Shown here: piece by piece, positions 38,097-49,729 of the stretch | How positions within the stretch are numbered: the stretch's first letter is position 1 | How the letters are laid out: each line of letters starts with the position of its first letter | Assembly: GCA_963718895.1 (NCBI GenBank) | Contig: CAVRAG010000007.1 | Location: forward strand, 160,001 to 224,000 | From: an uncultured Nitrososphaerota archaeon | GTDB lineage: Archaea; Thermoproteota; Nitrososphaeria; Nitrososphaerales; Gagatemarchaeaceae | Reading direction: 5' to 3' | Length of the DNA stretch: 64,000 bases | Notes under the pieces: model-generated | Told to the model about the DNA's origin: nothing | What the model saw: only the letters and a program-made list of their open reading frames with translations | Database searches by the model: none | Program-made: the position numbers and the translations under genes

Positions 38097-39232
38097 GCGT
38101 TCTGCGCCTCGTAGAGGAAGCAGGCGACGAAGTGGCCCTTCGAGACCTCGACGAGCTGGGGTTTCTCCATCGGGCAACGTTCGAACGCAAAGTCGCACCT
38201 AGGGTGGAAGCGGCAGCCGCTCGGAGGGAAGATCAGGTTCGGGACAGAGCCCCTGATGGACTTCATCTCCTGCTCCTTTAGGTCCGGCCTCGGGATGGAG
38301 GCCAGGAGCCCCTTGGTGTAGGGATGAAGCGGGTTCCTGAAGAGCTCGCTCACCTCAGCGACCTCGACTATGTTCCCGGCGTACATCACGGCCACCCTGT
38401 CGCAGACCTCCGCCACGATCGCGAGGTCGTGGGTGATCAGAATGACCGAGGTGTCGATCTGTTCTCGCAGCTCAATCAGGAGCTTCAGAATCTGAGCCTG
38501 GACTGTCACGTCGAGGGCGGTCGTTATCTCATCTGCGAGGAAGAGCTTCGGCCGCCTCACGAGTGCCATGGCGATCATGGCGCGTTGCTTCATCCCGCCT
38601 GAGAGCTGGAACGGATAGTCCTTGAAGATCCTCTCCGGCTCCGGGAGCCGCACCTGGCGCAGTATGTTGATGGCGTAGAGCCGCGAGAGCCTGTTGAACT
38701 CGCGCCTGCTGATCTTGGCCCGTGGGGCTAGAGACTCTAGCTTCGCGCGCTCCCTCTCCATGTCCTGCGTCATCCTCCCCTCCTCCTTCAAACGAAGGAG
38801 ATCCCTGAGCCGGTCCGCGACGACCTCCTTCGTGAACACGTCCGCCTCGCTCGCGATTATCTCAGTGATTTGAGAACCTACGGTGAGGACGGGGTTGAGG
38901 TAGGTTGTTGGGTCCTGGAAGACCATTGCCATGTCGGTGACCCTGGAGCGCCTCAGCTCACGCCCACTCTCCTTTAGCAAGTCTTTGCCCGCGAGGATGA
39001 TCTCGCCACCCAGTACCTCGCCGTTCTGGGGTAAGAGGCCCTCGATCGTCAGGGCGGTCACGGACTTGCCGCTCCCCGACTCACCCACCAGGCCCAGGAC
39101 CTCACGCCTCCTGACCGTGATGTCCACGCCGTCTAGGGCCTTCACCTCGCCGGCGTAGGTGTGGAATACGACCCTGAGGTCCTTCACCTCAAGCACGTTC
39201 TGGTCCGAGGTCTGGGTCAAGCCGACACTCAT
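38093..39232 (-). CDS. oppD: Oligopeptide/dipeptide ABC ATP-binding protein (OppD-like)
   Basis: GESGSGKS, LSGGMKQR, HPYTKGLL, GCRFHPRC. Confidence 0.92.
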   Translation of the reverse strand: MSVGLTQTSDQNVLEVKDLRVVFHTYAGEVKALDGVDITVRRREVLGLVGESGSGKSVTALTIEGLLPQNGEVLGGEIILAGKDLLKESGRELRRSRVTDMAMVFQDPTTYLNPVLTVGSQITEIIASEADVFTKEVVADRLRDLLRLKEEGRMTQDMERERAKLESLAPRAKISRREFNRLSRLYAINILRQVRLPEPERIFKDYPFQLSGGMKQRAMIAMALVRRPKLFLADEITTALDVTVQAQILKLLIELREQIDTSVILITHDLAIVAEVCDRVAVMYAGNIVEVAEVSELFRNPLHPYTKGLLASIPRPDLKEQEMKSIRGSVPNLIFPPSGCRFHPRCDFAFERCPMEKPQLVEVSKGHFVACFLYEAQNA

Positions 39233-40164
39233 CTCCTAAGGCGGGGGTCGAAGACGTCCCTGATTCCATCCCCCAGGAGGTTGAAGCCCAGGGAGATCAC
39301 AAGGATAGTGACGCCGGAGAATATTATGAGCCATGGCGCGGTGAAGATGTATGTCGAGCCGGCGTTCGCGAGGTTCCCCAGTTCCGGAATCAGCGGGCTC
39401 GGGCTGAACCCGAGGAAGGTGAGCGCCGATACCGTTAGTATCACGCTCCCGATGTCGAGGGTCGCCTGCACGAAGACTGGGTATATCGAGTTCGGCACGA
39501 TGTGCCTGAACAGTATCCGGACCCTGCCCGCCCCCATGGCCCTCAGCCCCTCGACGTAGGGCTTCTCCTTCTCTCCCAAGACCTGGGAGCGTATCAGTCG
39601 AACATACGTCGGCCACCAAGTCACAACGATCGCGAATGTCAGAATCGAGAAGGTCCGTCCGAGGATTACGAGGAGCACTATCGCCAGCAGGATGGCGGGG
39701 ACAGCCAAGAAGATGTCCGTGATTCTCAGGATGACCTCGTCCACCACCCCGCCGGCGTAGGCCGCGACCGCGCCGAAGAATACGCCTATGATGACGGCGG
39801 ATAAGACCACCTCTAGGGCGATCTGGAGGTCCAGCGGTATCGCGAGGATTATCATGGAGAGGACGCTCCTCCCGTACGTATCGGTACCCAGAGGGTACAC
39901 CGACCCTCCGCAGTTGAATACGTTCGTGATGTGCCAGTTGAGCGCGGGGTTGTTCCAGCACAGCCTTAGAGTGAGGTGCGTCTGCTTCCCTAGCTGGGGA
40001 TTCACGAGGACGTTCGCGAAGACCGCTATGAGGATGGAACCGATTGAGATTACCGAGCCCGCGATTATGAGAGGGTTCTGTCTGAACCGATGGAGAGCGT
40101 AGCGGATGTCGGCCGACCGCGTGGGCGGCCCCTGCTCTGTTCTCGCTGGCTCAGTCTCGCTCAT
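39229..40164 (-). CDS. oppC: Oligopeptide/dipeptide ABC permease (OppC-like)
   Basis: LGTDTYGRS, EAA-like loop YVEGLRAMGA, FNLLGDGIRDVFDPR. Confidence 0.92.
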   Translation of the reverse strand: MSETEPARTEQGPPTRSADIRYALHRFRQNPLIIAGSVISIGSILIAVFANVLVNPQLGKQTHLTLRLCWNNPALNWHITNVFNCGGSVYPLGTDTYGRSVLSMIILAIPLDLQIALEVVLSAVIIGVFFGAVAAYAGGVVDEVILRITDIFLAVPAILLAIVLLVILGRTFSILTFAIVVTWWPTYVRLIRSQVLGEKEKPYVEGLRAMGAGRVRILFRHIVPNSIYPVFVQATLDIGSVILTVSALTFLGFSPSPLIPELGNLANAGSTYIFTAPWLIIFSGVTILVISLGFNLLGDGIRDVFDPRLRR

Positions 40165-40173
40165 GGAAGCACC

Positions 40174-41292
40174 TCAATAGCGGATCCTCGGGTCTAGCTT
40201 AGCGTAGAGGATGTCAACGACAAGGTTCGTCATCACTATGATTAGAGCAGTCACCAGCACGTAGAGCTCAAGGAAGTTGATGTCGAGGGCGTTTGCGGCC
40301 GCGAGCGACGCGTTTCCTACTCCCGGCCAGGTGAAGACGATCTCGATGACGATGGCCCCTCCGAGCAGGAAGGCGGCCAGCAGGCCGGCTATGGTGACCG
40401 CCGGGAGGAGCGCGTTCCGCAGCGCGTGCCGGTAGACCACGACCCTCTCCCTCAGACCCTTCGACCTGGCCAGCAAGATGTAGTCTTGCTTGAGCGCGTC
40501 TACCATGCTAGACCGCACTATTCTCGTGAGTGCACCTATAGACGTTATTGCAAGCGTAACCGCGGGGAGGGTGAGCGCCATCAAAGCATCCCAGGCGTAC
40601 GCCGGGTTTCCCGATAGAATCCCATCGAAGAGTGGCGCCCCGGTGTACGCAGTCACCGTCCCAGGGTTGCTTATGCACAGGGCGCAGCTCGTCGCGAACG
40701 CGCCGTTCGCAGGGAAGAGCCCGAGACCGCCGACCCTTAGGTAGAGTACGAACAGGATTTGGACCATGGCCCCGAACCAGAACTGGGGGATCGAATATCC
40801 GCCGAGCGAGACTATGCGCGAGAGATGGTCCGGGAGCTTGTTGTTGTGCGTGGCGGAGACTATCCCGAGGGGTATCCCGATGACAATCGTGAGGCCCGCT
40901 CCGGCTATCGCGAGTTCGGCGGTGAGCGGGAACCTCTGGAAGAATACGCTGAGGGTCGTCTGGGTCCCGGATATCCCCGGGAGTAGGGTGTAGCCCCAGT
41001 TCCCGGTGAGGACGTTGTGGAGCCACCCGATGTACTGGCCCCAAATCGGGACGACACAGCCCGCCTGGTTATCTGAAAAGGCCGTGAAGTTAGGACAGGA
41101 CTGGGTGGCGACCCCGAGTGACTGGGCGAGCTCGAGCTTGGCGATGCTGTTCATCTTCATCGTGATGTACTGCGAGATGGCCGTCGAGGGAGGGAGGAGG
41201 CCGCGGGTCAAGTAGAAGATAAGGAGGCTGAGGAGAAAGAGGACTAATACCATCAGGATGAGACGTCTGATAGCGTACTCGTACAGCTTCAA
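40174..41292 (-). CDS. oppB: Oligopeptide/dipeptide ABC permease (OppB-like)
   Basis: RFPLTAEL, ARSKGL, HALRNA, DILYAKLDPRI. Confidence 0.92.
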   Translation of the reverse strand: MKLYEYAIRRLILMVLVLFLLSLLIFYLTRGLLPPSTAISQYITMKMNSIAKLELAQSLGVATQSCPNFTAFSDNQAGCVVPIWGQYIGWLHNVLTGNWGYTLLPGISGTQTTLSVFFQRFPLTAELAIAGAGLTIVIGIPLGIVSATHNNKLPDHLSRIVSLGGYSIPQFWFGAMVQILFVLYLRVGGLGLFPANGAFATSCALCISNPGTVTAYTGAPLFDGILSGNPAYAWDALMALTLPAVTLAITSIGALTRIVRSSMVDALKQDYILLARSKGLRERVVVYRHALRNALLPAVTIAGLLAAFLLGGAIVIEIVFTWPGVGNASLAAANALDINFLELYVLVTALIIVMTNLVVDILYAKLDPRIRY

Positions 41293-41368
41293 CGAACCGC
41301 CGCCATGATTGTCGCCATGACCGAGAACGCGTGCCTCGGTGAAAAAACGCGGGAGCCCTCTACCTAGT

Positions 41369-43558
41369 CTAGTAGAGGGTTGCGAAGTATTCAGGTCCGA
41401 CTCCAGCAGCCGCTGCAGTACTCAGGGATGGGTTGAAGTAGAACCCTTGGACGTTTGTGGTCATCGTCACGAAGTTGACGTTGTACAAGGTCCAGAGGTA
41501 CATTACCTCTTTGTTGCCCAGGGTGTTCATCGCGTTGCTCGCAGTCACGATTCCGGCGATGTTGCCGGCGGCGCTAGCTGCGTTGGCTTGGGAGTTGAGC
41601 GTGGCCATCTGTGGGAGGTTCCATCCGTCAGCACCGGTGTAGGCCCCGTTCGGAGCGAACATCGGAGTGAGGAAGTCGAGAACCCACGGGTAGTCGTCAA
41701 TCCAGCCGAGGGCGTACATGTAGTAGTGTGTTGGGACCGCGAAGGCGTTGGCGAGGAGCTGTCCCGTTGGGACAGGCACGACAGTCACCGTGAGGCCCAT
41801 GTTGTATGTTGCGCTTACGTTGTTGACCACTGAGGCGATCTGGGTGAAGACCGCCGTGTCGAAGGTATCGCCCGAGGGGACGACGAGAGGTATGGTCTGT
41901 GCCACTGGGTTACTGCACTGGTTGTTGGACCCGAGGGTCGCACAGCCAAATGCGTTGTTGAAGAACCCTGCAGGCGCTGCCGTCCCGTTCACGAACTTGA
42001 ACGAGGTGAGCGGCGACTTCATGGCAGAGAGCAGGAGTGCCTGAACCTGGTCTGGGTTGAAGCTGTAGGCTGGGGTAATGGCAGAGTTGTACGAGCCTGT
42101 CGGTGGGAGCCCTGGCGGGACCACGTTGATGGCGACAGTACCCACCTTGTTGTTCACTGCGACGTTGACCTCGGTCATGTTGACGGCGTCCGAGAACGCA
42201 GTCCTCCATCTCAGGTCAGCGAACGGCTGGAACTTGTAGTATTGGCCCGTGAGTGAGCTGGTCACGTTGGTGTCGTAGGGGTCGAAGGTGAGACCATAGA
42301 ACGGGAATGTCCCGTAGAGTGAGACACCCGACGTGTCAGACTTCAACGTGTTGGAGTTGAGCCACGCGTTCCTGTCTGCGATGTCGTAGAGGTTGGTACC
42401 CGGCAGATCGATTGCCATCGCCTGTCCGGACTTGGCTGCGTTCTGGAGGTCGATCTCCCTGGTCGTCACGTCTGGGACGAACTTGAAGACGACTGTTGGG
42501 ATCTGCGCGTTAATCTTGGAGGAGTATGGTCCACCCCAGTAGCCCTGTCGGGCTGTGAGGGTGATCGTGTTTGACGCTACTGCGTTGCTCTGGAGCACAT
42601 AGGGCCCTGTCCCTGCTTGGGATCCCTGCTGCGAGGTGTTCAGGTAGGTGTTACCACAACCTCCCTGAGTGGAGCCTGCGTTACAGGTCGACGACAGGTC
42701 CTGGAAGTACTGGAGCATCTTGTTCTGGGTCGTTCCGGTCAGTTTGGCGTTGGGGAGTGTGTACCCTGCTGCGGATGTGTTCCACATCGCAAGGTCGTGT
42801 TGCATGACGTAGTTGGGCGCGAGGATGGTTGCCCACTGGCCCGCCAGAAGCTCCGGCACGGCCGACGATGGGTTCATCACGTTGATGTTGAAGGTGAGGG
42901 GTCCGGTTATCTGGACGAAGTTCTCCGCGAGGACTGCCTTCACGTAGTTCGACCCGTAGTTCTGAGCGGCCCCGCTGAGCGTCGTGCTCAGGCTGGTGTT
43001 CAGAAGCTGCGCGATGAGCCATGTGGCCTGCGTTGCGTGTCCGACCGGCGTGCTTCCGTCAAAGAGCAGGAGCCGGTTGAGGGAGAAGTAGACCGAAGAG
43101 GAGTTGAGTTGCTCACCGTCTGCGAAGGTGATGCCAGACCTCAGCGTGAAGCTGTAGGTCATCTGGTTGGAGGATACGGTGTAGCTCTGCGCTAGCCAGT
43201 CGATGATGCACGTGGAGCAGCTCGCGTTGTACCAGAGGAGCGGCTCGTAGACGTTCTGCATGATGTTGTAGTCGTAGGAGAAGTATGAGATTCCTGGATC
43301 CAGGTACTCTGGTGTCTCGGCCGTCTCATACGTGAACGTCGTTGGTACCGCCGTCTGTGAGGTGCTCGAGGTGGTGGTCGTTAAGGTTCCCGAAGAGGAA
43401 GTTGTCGTCGTGTTGGAGCTGGTCGTAGAACTGGAGGTGGTATTTGAGGAGCTACCCGATGTGACGAAGTAGACTCCGGCTGCAACTGCGATGATTAGGA
43501 TGACTATGATTATTGCTGCTGCGGTGGTAGAGATTCCGTTTCTACCGCGTCTTTGCAT
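41369..43558 (-). CDS. ABC family 5 substrate-binding protein with class III-like signal peptide and Ser/Thr linker
   Basis: MQRRGRNG-ISTT plus hydrophobic helix, Ser/Thr-rich linker, LDP, NVYEPL, FTLRSGITFADG, GTGPY, GWIDDYP. Confidence 0.9.
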   Translation of the reverse strand: MQRRGRNGISTTAAAIIIVILIIAVAAGVYFVTSGSSSNTTSSSTTSSNTTTTSSSGTLTTTTSSTSQTAVPTTFTYETAETPEYLDPGISYFSYDYNIMQNVYEPLLWYNASCSTCIIDWLAQSYTVSSNQMTYSFTLRSGITFADGEQLNSSSVYFSLNRLLLFDGSTPVGHATQATWLIAQLLNTSLSTTLSGAAQNYGSNYVKAVLAENFVQITGPLTFNINVMNPSSAVPELLAGQWATILAPNYVMQHDLAMWNTSAAGYTLPNAKLTGTTQNKMLQYFQDLSSTCNAGSTQGGCGNTYLNTSQQGSQAGTGPYVLQSNAVASNTITLTARQGYWGGPYSSKINAQIPTVVFKFVPDVTTREIDLQNAAKSGQAMAIDLPGTNLYDIADRNAWLNSNTLKSDTSGVSLYGTFPFYGLTFDPYDTNVTSSLTGQYYKFQPFADLRWRTAFSDAVNMTEVNVAVNNKVGTVAINVVPPGLPPTGSYNSAITPAYSFNPDQVQALLLSAMKSPLTSFKFVNGTAAPAGFFNNAFGCATLGSNNQCSNPVAQTIPLVVPSGDTFDTAVFTQIASVVNNVSATYNMGLTVTVVPVPTGQLLANAFAVPTHYYMYALGWIDDYPWVLDFLTPMFAPNGAYTGADGWNLPQMATLNSQANAASAAGNIAGIVTASNAMNTLGNKEVMYLWTLYNVNFVTMTTNVQGFYFNPSLSTAAAAGVGPEYFATLY

Positions 43559-43632
43559 TTTCAGAGTTACCGGCAAGCGAGATTATTTAAGTGTGATAGA
43601 GGGTCCCTACAACATATGTTGTAGCACGAGCC

Positions 43633-45659
43633 TCACCTTACGTCCATGCCCTCGTAGGCGCGCCTGGCCTCATCGACAGAGGTCTCGTCCTCGAGCGTGG
43701 CGACGTCTCCAAGGGGTTTCCCCTCGGCCACCGCCTTCAGGAGCCGCCTCATTATCTTCCCGCTGCGGGTCTTGGGCAGCTTGTTGACGAAGAAGACCTG
43801 CGACGGCTCAGCTATCGGGCTGAACCCATCCCTCACCCACCTCCTGACCTCCACGCGAAGCTCCTCCGACGGGTTGAATCCCTGCTTGAGGACGACGAAC
43901 GCGATTGGGACCTCGCCCTTGATGGCGTCCGGGATGGCCACGACCGCCGCCTCGGAGGCCGCCTGGTGCGAGACTATCGACGACTCGATCTCGTACGTTC
44001 CTAGCCTGTGCCCGGCGACCTTCAGAACCTCGTCCGCCCTTCCTGCGACCCAGATGTATCCGTCCTTGTCCTTCACGGCGTAGTCGCCGCAGAAGAAGAA
44101 GCCTGTCCCGGGAACCGCTCGAATAGTACTGCTTCTCGTACCTCTCGGGGTCGCCCCACATCCCCGTGGGGGCCCGGGCATCCCCGGCCAGGGGTTCTTG
44201 AGGACGAGGAGTCCCTTCTCGCCGGGCGTCACCGAGTCGCCCTTCTCGTCGACCACGTCCGCGTCGACGCCCGGTATCGGGAGCCCGTTTGTGCCGGGCT
44301 TCATCGGTATCAGCAAAGGCCCGGGAGGATGGCTTATCATTATCCCTCCGGTCTCGGTCATCCACCACGTCGAGCCGACCGGGCAGCGCCCGCGCCCGAC
44401 CAGGTCGAAGAGCCACCTCCAGGCGGAGGGGTTGATCGCCTCGCCGACGCTCTGTATGAGACGAAGGGACACAGGTCGTGCTTCTTGACAAGTTCGCGTC
44501 GCCGAACTTCATCTGGGATCCTCGTCGCCGTCGGCGTCGTGTAGAAGACCGAGACCCCGTAGCGTTCGATCTATCTGACCACCACCTGTCGGGCTGGGGC
44601 GTGTCGAGGGCCCCTTCGTAGAGGACGACGGTCGCGCCCTCGATCAGCGGGCCGAATGCGACGTAGCTGTGCCCGGTCACCCAGCCGATGTCCGCGGGGC
44701 ACCAGTAGACGTCGCTGTCCTTGTATGTCGAAGGCCCACTTCATCGTCGCGTGGAGGAGGACCGCGTACCCCCCGTTGTCGTGGATCATCCCCTTCGGCT
44801 TTCCCGTGGTGCCGGAGGTGTAGAGGACGTAGAGCGGGTGGTCGCTCTCCACCGGCCTCAGGCTCGACCGACGAGCCGGTCGCGGAACTCCGCGCATCAG
44901 GCCGTCATCTCGAAGTCCCTCCCCGGCCGTCATCGGGCACTGCACCGTCGAGCCTCTTCACCACTACGACGTTCTCTATCGACGGCGTCTGCTCGAGGGC
45001 CGCGTCGGCTATCTCCTTGAGCAGGACCTGCCTGACCCCTCCTGTTAGAAGCCGTCGGCGGTCACAGGAGCTTCGCGCCCAGGTCGTTGATCCTCGAGGA
45101 GAGGGAGTCTGCGCTGAACCCGCTGAAGACGACCGTGAACGTCAGACCGAGCCTCGCTGCCGCGAGGAGCGTCACTATCGCCTCCGGGATCAGCGGGCAG
45201 GTAGACGGCCATCTTGTCGCCCTTCTTCATGCCGAACTTGTTCTTCAGCAGCGAAGGCGAACCTGTCGACCTCCCTCAGCAGCTCGCCGTAGGTGAGCTT
45301 CCTCACCTCCTTCGGGGCTCCGTTCTCGTCCGATCGGCTCGCCCTCCCAGATGAGCGCAACCTTGTTCCTCCTCCAGGTCTTCGACGTGCCGGTCGAGCG
45401 CGAGGTGGGAGAGGTTCAGCCTTCCGCCGCGAAACCACTCGTAGACGTGAGGGTGGTCACCCGCGCTGAGAGGACCGTGTCCCAGGCTTCTGGACCACTC
45501 GAGCTCCCTTGCCAGCGCCTCCCACTGAGCACCTGACTCTGAGAGGCTCTTGGCGTGGAGGGCCTTGTAGGCGTCGACGTCGCTGCGGGCGCCGTGCCAC
45601 TCGGGCACCTCGACGGTCTCGTCGAGCGGGAGAGACTCTCCGAGGATCTCGGGATTCAC
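43633..45659 (-). CDS. acs: Acetyl-CoA synthetase (many small frameshifts)
   Basis: [56 protein letters not shown] spread over several frames. Confidence 0.88.
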
Positions 45660-45777
45660 ACTTCTCCCTCGGGCGTGGCTAAGGATTGCGTACTTAGCCT
45701 TTGTTGGTTTAACGTCGATTGGCGAACACCAAGCCGCACCGTTAAATCACGGCAGACGGGGTGCGCCACGTCTGGAA

Positions 45778-46550
45778 ATGGAGGAACTCGCTCTCAAGGC
45801 CAGCTCGCTCTCGAAGTCGTTCGGCCCGATCAGGGCGGTGAACGACATAGACTTCGCCATCAAGACGGGAGAGATCCTCGGGCTACTGGGCCCGAACGGG
45901 TCCGGCAAGTCGACGACCATGAAGATGATCCTCGGCATCCTCAAGCCGGACGCCGGGACCATAACCGTGGAGGGAATCGACGTCGCCCGCGACCCGATCG
46001 GGGTGAAGCGGATCGTCGGCTACGTCCCCGAGACGCCGGCAGATCTACGAGTTCCTGACCGGGATCGAGTACCTCGACTTCATCTCCGACATGTACAGCA
46101 TCCCCACGGCCGAGAGGAAGGAGAGGATAGGGCAGTTCCTCGACGGGCTGCAGCTCAAGGGGTCACGAGAACGAACTGATCAGCGGGTACTCCCAGGGGA
46201 TGAAGCAGAAGATAGCCATAATCTCCGCGCTTCTCCACAGGCCGAAGGTGCTCGTGCTGGACGAGGCCCTCAACGGGCTCGACCCCCGATCGGCCAAGCT
46301 TGTGAAGGACCTGCTAAGGAACCTGGCAGACGAGGGGATCTCGGTCCTCTTCAGCACACACGTCCTCGAGATAGCCGAGGCGCTCTGCGACGACGTCGCC
46401 ATAATGTATCAGGGCTCGATACTCGCGAACGGCACGGTCGCTGACCTGAGGCAGAAGGCCGGCCTCCCGGGGTCTACACTCGAGGAGGTCTTCCTCAAGA
46501 TTACGGGCACGGGCGACCTCGGAGACGTGGTGAGGGAGCTCAGCCGTTGA
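45778..46550 (+). CDS. ABC-2 type exporter ATP-binding protein (frameshifted)
   Basis: GPNGSGKST, YSQGMKQK, LDEALNGLDP, STHVL. Confidence 0.85.
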
Positions 46551-48222
46551 ACCCACGGAAGATACTCGCCATAACCATAGCGCTCTCGAAGTCACAACTC
46601 CGCGCCAGCCGCAGCGGAAGGGCGGGGCTGAGCTTCTTGAGGAAGCCGTCCATCCTGCTCATACTCGACGTCGCAGCGTTCGCCATCTGCACCGGCCTGG
46701 GCTATGTCGGCGTGACGCTGCTCCAGGGATTCTCGGGTCCGTCTGCGTCCGCGTCCGGTCTGCAGATCTATAGCGAGGTCGCGAAGGCCCTGAAGGAGGC
46801 GCTGGTATTCATCCCGGTCTTCGTCCCCGGGATGGTGCTCATAGCAGGGCTCCTCTTCGAGCTGAACGTCTCGTCCAAGTTCTCGGCGAGCGACACCGTG
46901 AACTGGCTCCCCATAACCCAGGCCGAGTACGTCATCGCCTCCGCGCTCTCAGTCGCCTACAACTATTCGATATCGGTCGCGATAGCCCTGGGCATAACGC
47001 TCGCCCCGTCGGTCTACCTGGGGTACGGGTGGGCGTGGGCCGGCGTCGCCCTGGTGAGCGTGCTGACGCTCTTCACGGGAGGCGCGCTGGTGGAGATCCT
47101 CAGGGCGGCGACGAACCGCGTCAGCTCGGTCGTGATGAAACGCGCCCGCAGAGGCGCACTCGTCTTCAGGCTCGCGCTGATGGTCGTGATAATCCTGGTC
47201 TTCGAGACCGTCTTCAACCCGACCATCCTGATCACGGTCGTCAACACGCTGTCCAGCTCGCTCTCGGTCTTCGTCTTCATACCGTTGTTCTGGGGCGCCC
47301 TCGCCATCGAGGGGGTCCTCAGCGGCGACCCCCTGCGGGTCCTGGTCTTCTCGGCCGGGACCGTGGGATTCACGGGAGCTCTGGTCTGGATCGCCACGAG
47401 GGTCCGGTCGAGGTACTGGTCGCCGGCGGCTTTCTCTGTGATCGATCACGAGTTCGGAGTACGCGCCCCGCTCCAGCTCGCTACTCAGGATGGGGCTCTC
47501 GGAAGGCGGGGCGGCGATTGTCCGGAAAGACCTCAAGGGGATCACCAGGAGGCGCGAGCTCCTCTCATTCATGGCCATCCCGATCGTCTTCGTCGCGCTC
47601 TTCCTCGTCGAGGGAGTCACCAACACTTCGGGCGGGGTAGCAGCAGAGGGCGGATTCTTCGCGGACTTCCCGACCCTCTTTGCGGCTAGCTTCTTCGCGC
47701 TCCTGATATCTTCTATCAGCTTCGGCCAGGAGAGCAAGTCGGTGATGGTCCTGTACTCTCTCCCCATAATGCCGGCGGAGATACTGAAGGCGAAGGCTTT
47801 CCTGGCGCTCGCGTTCTCGCTCGGCGCGACTCTCAGTCACACTCACGATATTCTCGGTGGTTGGGGGGTCGTCCCCCGGCGTCATTCTGGAGGACCTCGC
47901 GATCGCGGTCTCGATCACCGTGGAGGAGGTCTGCGTGGGTCTGGCCTTCGGGGCGAGGTTCCCTGACTTCCAGGAGAGGCCCCGACCCAGGTTCGTCGAC
48001 CCAATCTGGCTCCTGGTGATGACCGTGGTCGGCCTAGGTGTAGCGCTCGTGACCGCGCTCCCGATAATATTCAGGGACATCCTAACCGCCGTCCCCGGGG
48101 CGTTCTCCGTGCCATGGTATCTCTTCCCAGCCGGCGTCGTCTTCGCGGGGATCGTTAGCGTCTTCGCCTACCGGTTCGCTAGGTCGAGCTCGGAGAAGCT
48201 GATGGCCGAGTACAGGATATAG
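46547..48222 (+). CDS. ABC exporter permease (frameshifted)
   Basis: Multi-helix membrane protein split over three frames; AIVRKDLKGITRRRE; coupled to the ATPase. Confidence 0.75.
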
Positions 48223-48271
48223 TCGGCCTGACCGCGAAGGTTTATTCCGGAGCCGACCTAGTCCCGGTTGA

Positions 48272-49729
48272 TTGAAGGACGAGTCCTTCGGCTACGACAC
48301 CTTCCTCTCGCCGTTCACATGGAGGTACGGGAGCAAGGAGATGAGGGAACTCTTCTCCGAGCGCACGAGGAGGTCGACGTGGAGGAGGGTCTGGCTCGAG
48401 CTCACGAGGGCCCAGGCGGGGTTCGGCCTGCTCTCAGCGGAGGAGCTAAGGAAGATAGCTGCAAAATCGGGAGAGACCGACGTCGACATCGCGAGGGCCC
48501 ACGAGCTGGAGAAGAAGATCAGGCACGACCTCATGGCCGAGCTGCGGACGTTCGCGGAGCAGGTCGGGAAGGCCGGCGGGAAGCTCCACCTCGGCGCGAC
48601 CTCGATGGACATCGAGGACAACGGGGACATCCTGATATTCAGGCGGGCGCTCGACCTCCTGCTGACCAGGCTCGTCAACTGCCTCGACGCAGCTAAGGTG
48701 AGAATCCTGGAGCACCGGGGGACCGTCTGCATGGCCTGGACGCACCTCCAGCCCGCCGAGCCGACCACCCTCGGCTACCGGTTCGCAAACTATGCCCAGG
48801 ACGTGCTGATGGACATACAGCTCCTGGAGTTCATCAAGGACCGCTTCGTCAAGGGCAAGGGGATGAAGGGCGCCGTCGGGACCTCGGCGGGCTTCGAGAA
48901 GCTGCTCGGGGACAGCAAGGATGTGAAGGAGCTCGAGAGGAGAGTGATGTCAGCCCTCGGGCTGGACTCGTTCGAGGTCTCCACGCAGACCTACCCGAGG
49001 AAGCTGGACTACGTCATGCTCTCGTGCCTGGCGTCAATCGCCGCCTCGTGTCATAAGTTCGGCCTCGACCTCAGGGTGATGCAGTCCCCGAACTTCGGAG
49101 AGCTCTCGGAGCCCATAGGCGAGTTTCAGGTCGGGTCGAGCGCCATGCCGTTCAAGAGGAACCCGGTGAGCGCCGAGCGTATGTGCTCACTCGCGAGGCT
49201 CGTCTCGGGGTACCCGGCCCTGGCTTTCGGCAACGCCGCGAACAACATCCTCGAGAGAACCCTCGACGACTCTGCGAGCCGCAGGGTGGCGATACCGGAG
49301 GCGTTCCTTGCAATCGACGAGTGCCTCATGATCTACGAGAAGCTCATGCGCGGGCTGAAGGTCTATCCCGCGATGATAGAGAAGAACCTCGACAAGTTCG
49401 GGCCTTTCGCTGGGACAGAAGCGGTGATGATGAAGATGGTCGAGAAGGGAGCCGACCGTCAGAAGGTCCACGAGCTGCTCAGGGTGAAGTCCTTCAAGGC
49501 CTGGGAAGATGTGATGAACGACCACCCGAACCCTCTCGCGGCGATGCTCTCAGCAGAGAAGGAGATCTCGTCGAAGATAGGGAAGACAGAGGTGCGCAGG
49601 CTGCTCGACCCTCGGCACCACACGGGGGACGCCGAGCGCAGATGCAGCCTACTGGTGAGGGACTCGATCAACCCCGTCCTCAGGACCTACAAGGACAAGG
49701 TCGGGATATCGGGCGCGGTCGAGTACTAG
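48272..49729 (+). CDS. purB: Adenylosuccinate lyase
   Basis: RHDLMA, HLGATSMD, WTHLQPA, GSSAMPFKRNP, ERTLDDS. Confidence 0.95.
   Translation: MKDESFGYDTFLSPFTWRYGSKEMRELFSERTRRSTWRRVWLELTRAQAGFGLLSAEELRKIAAKSGETDVDIARAHELEKKIRHDLMAELRTFAEQVGKAGGKLHLGATSMDIEDNGDILIFRRALDLLLTRLVNCLDAAKVRILEHRGTVCMAWTHLQPAEPTTLGYRFANYAQDVLMDIQLLEFIKDRFVKGKGMKGAVGTSAGFEKLLGDSKDVKELERRVMSALGLDSFEVSTQTYPRKLDYVMLSCLASIAASCHKFGLDLRVMQSPNFGELSEPIGEFQVGSSAMPFKRNPVSAERMCSLARLVSGYPALAFGNAANNILERTLDDSASRRVAIPEAFLAIDECLMIYEKLMRGLKVYPAMIEKNLDKFGPFAGTEAVMMKMVEKGADRQKVHELLRVKSFKAWEDVMNDHPNPLAAMLSAEKEISSKIGKTEVRRLLDPRHHTGDAERRCSLLVRDSINPVLRTYKDKVGISGAVEY

Noticed and set aside
43340-43460. Low-complexity repeat-like tract
   Set aside because: It encodes the Ser/Thr linker of the binding protein and is not a CRISPR array or DNA repeat.
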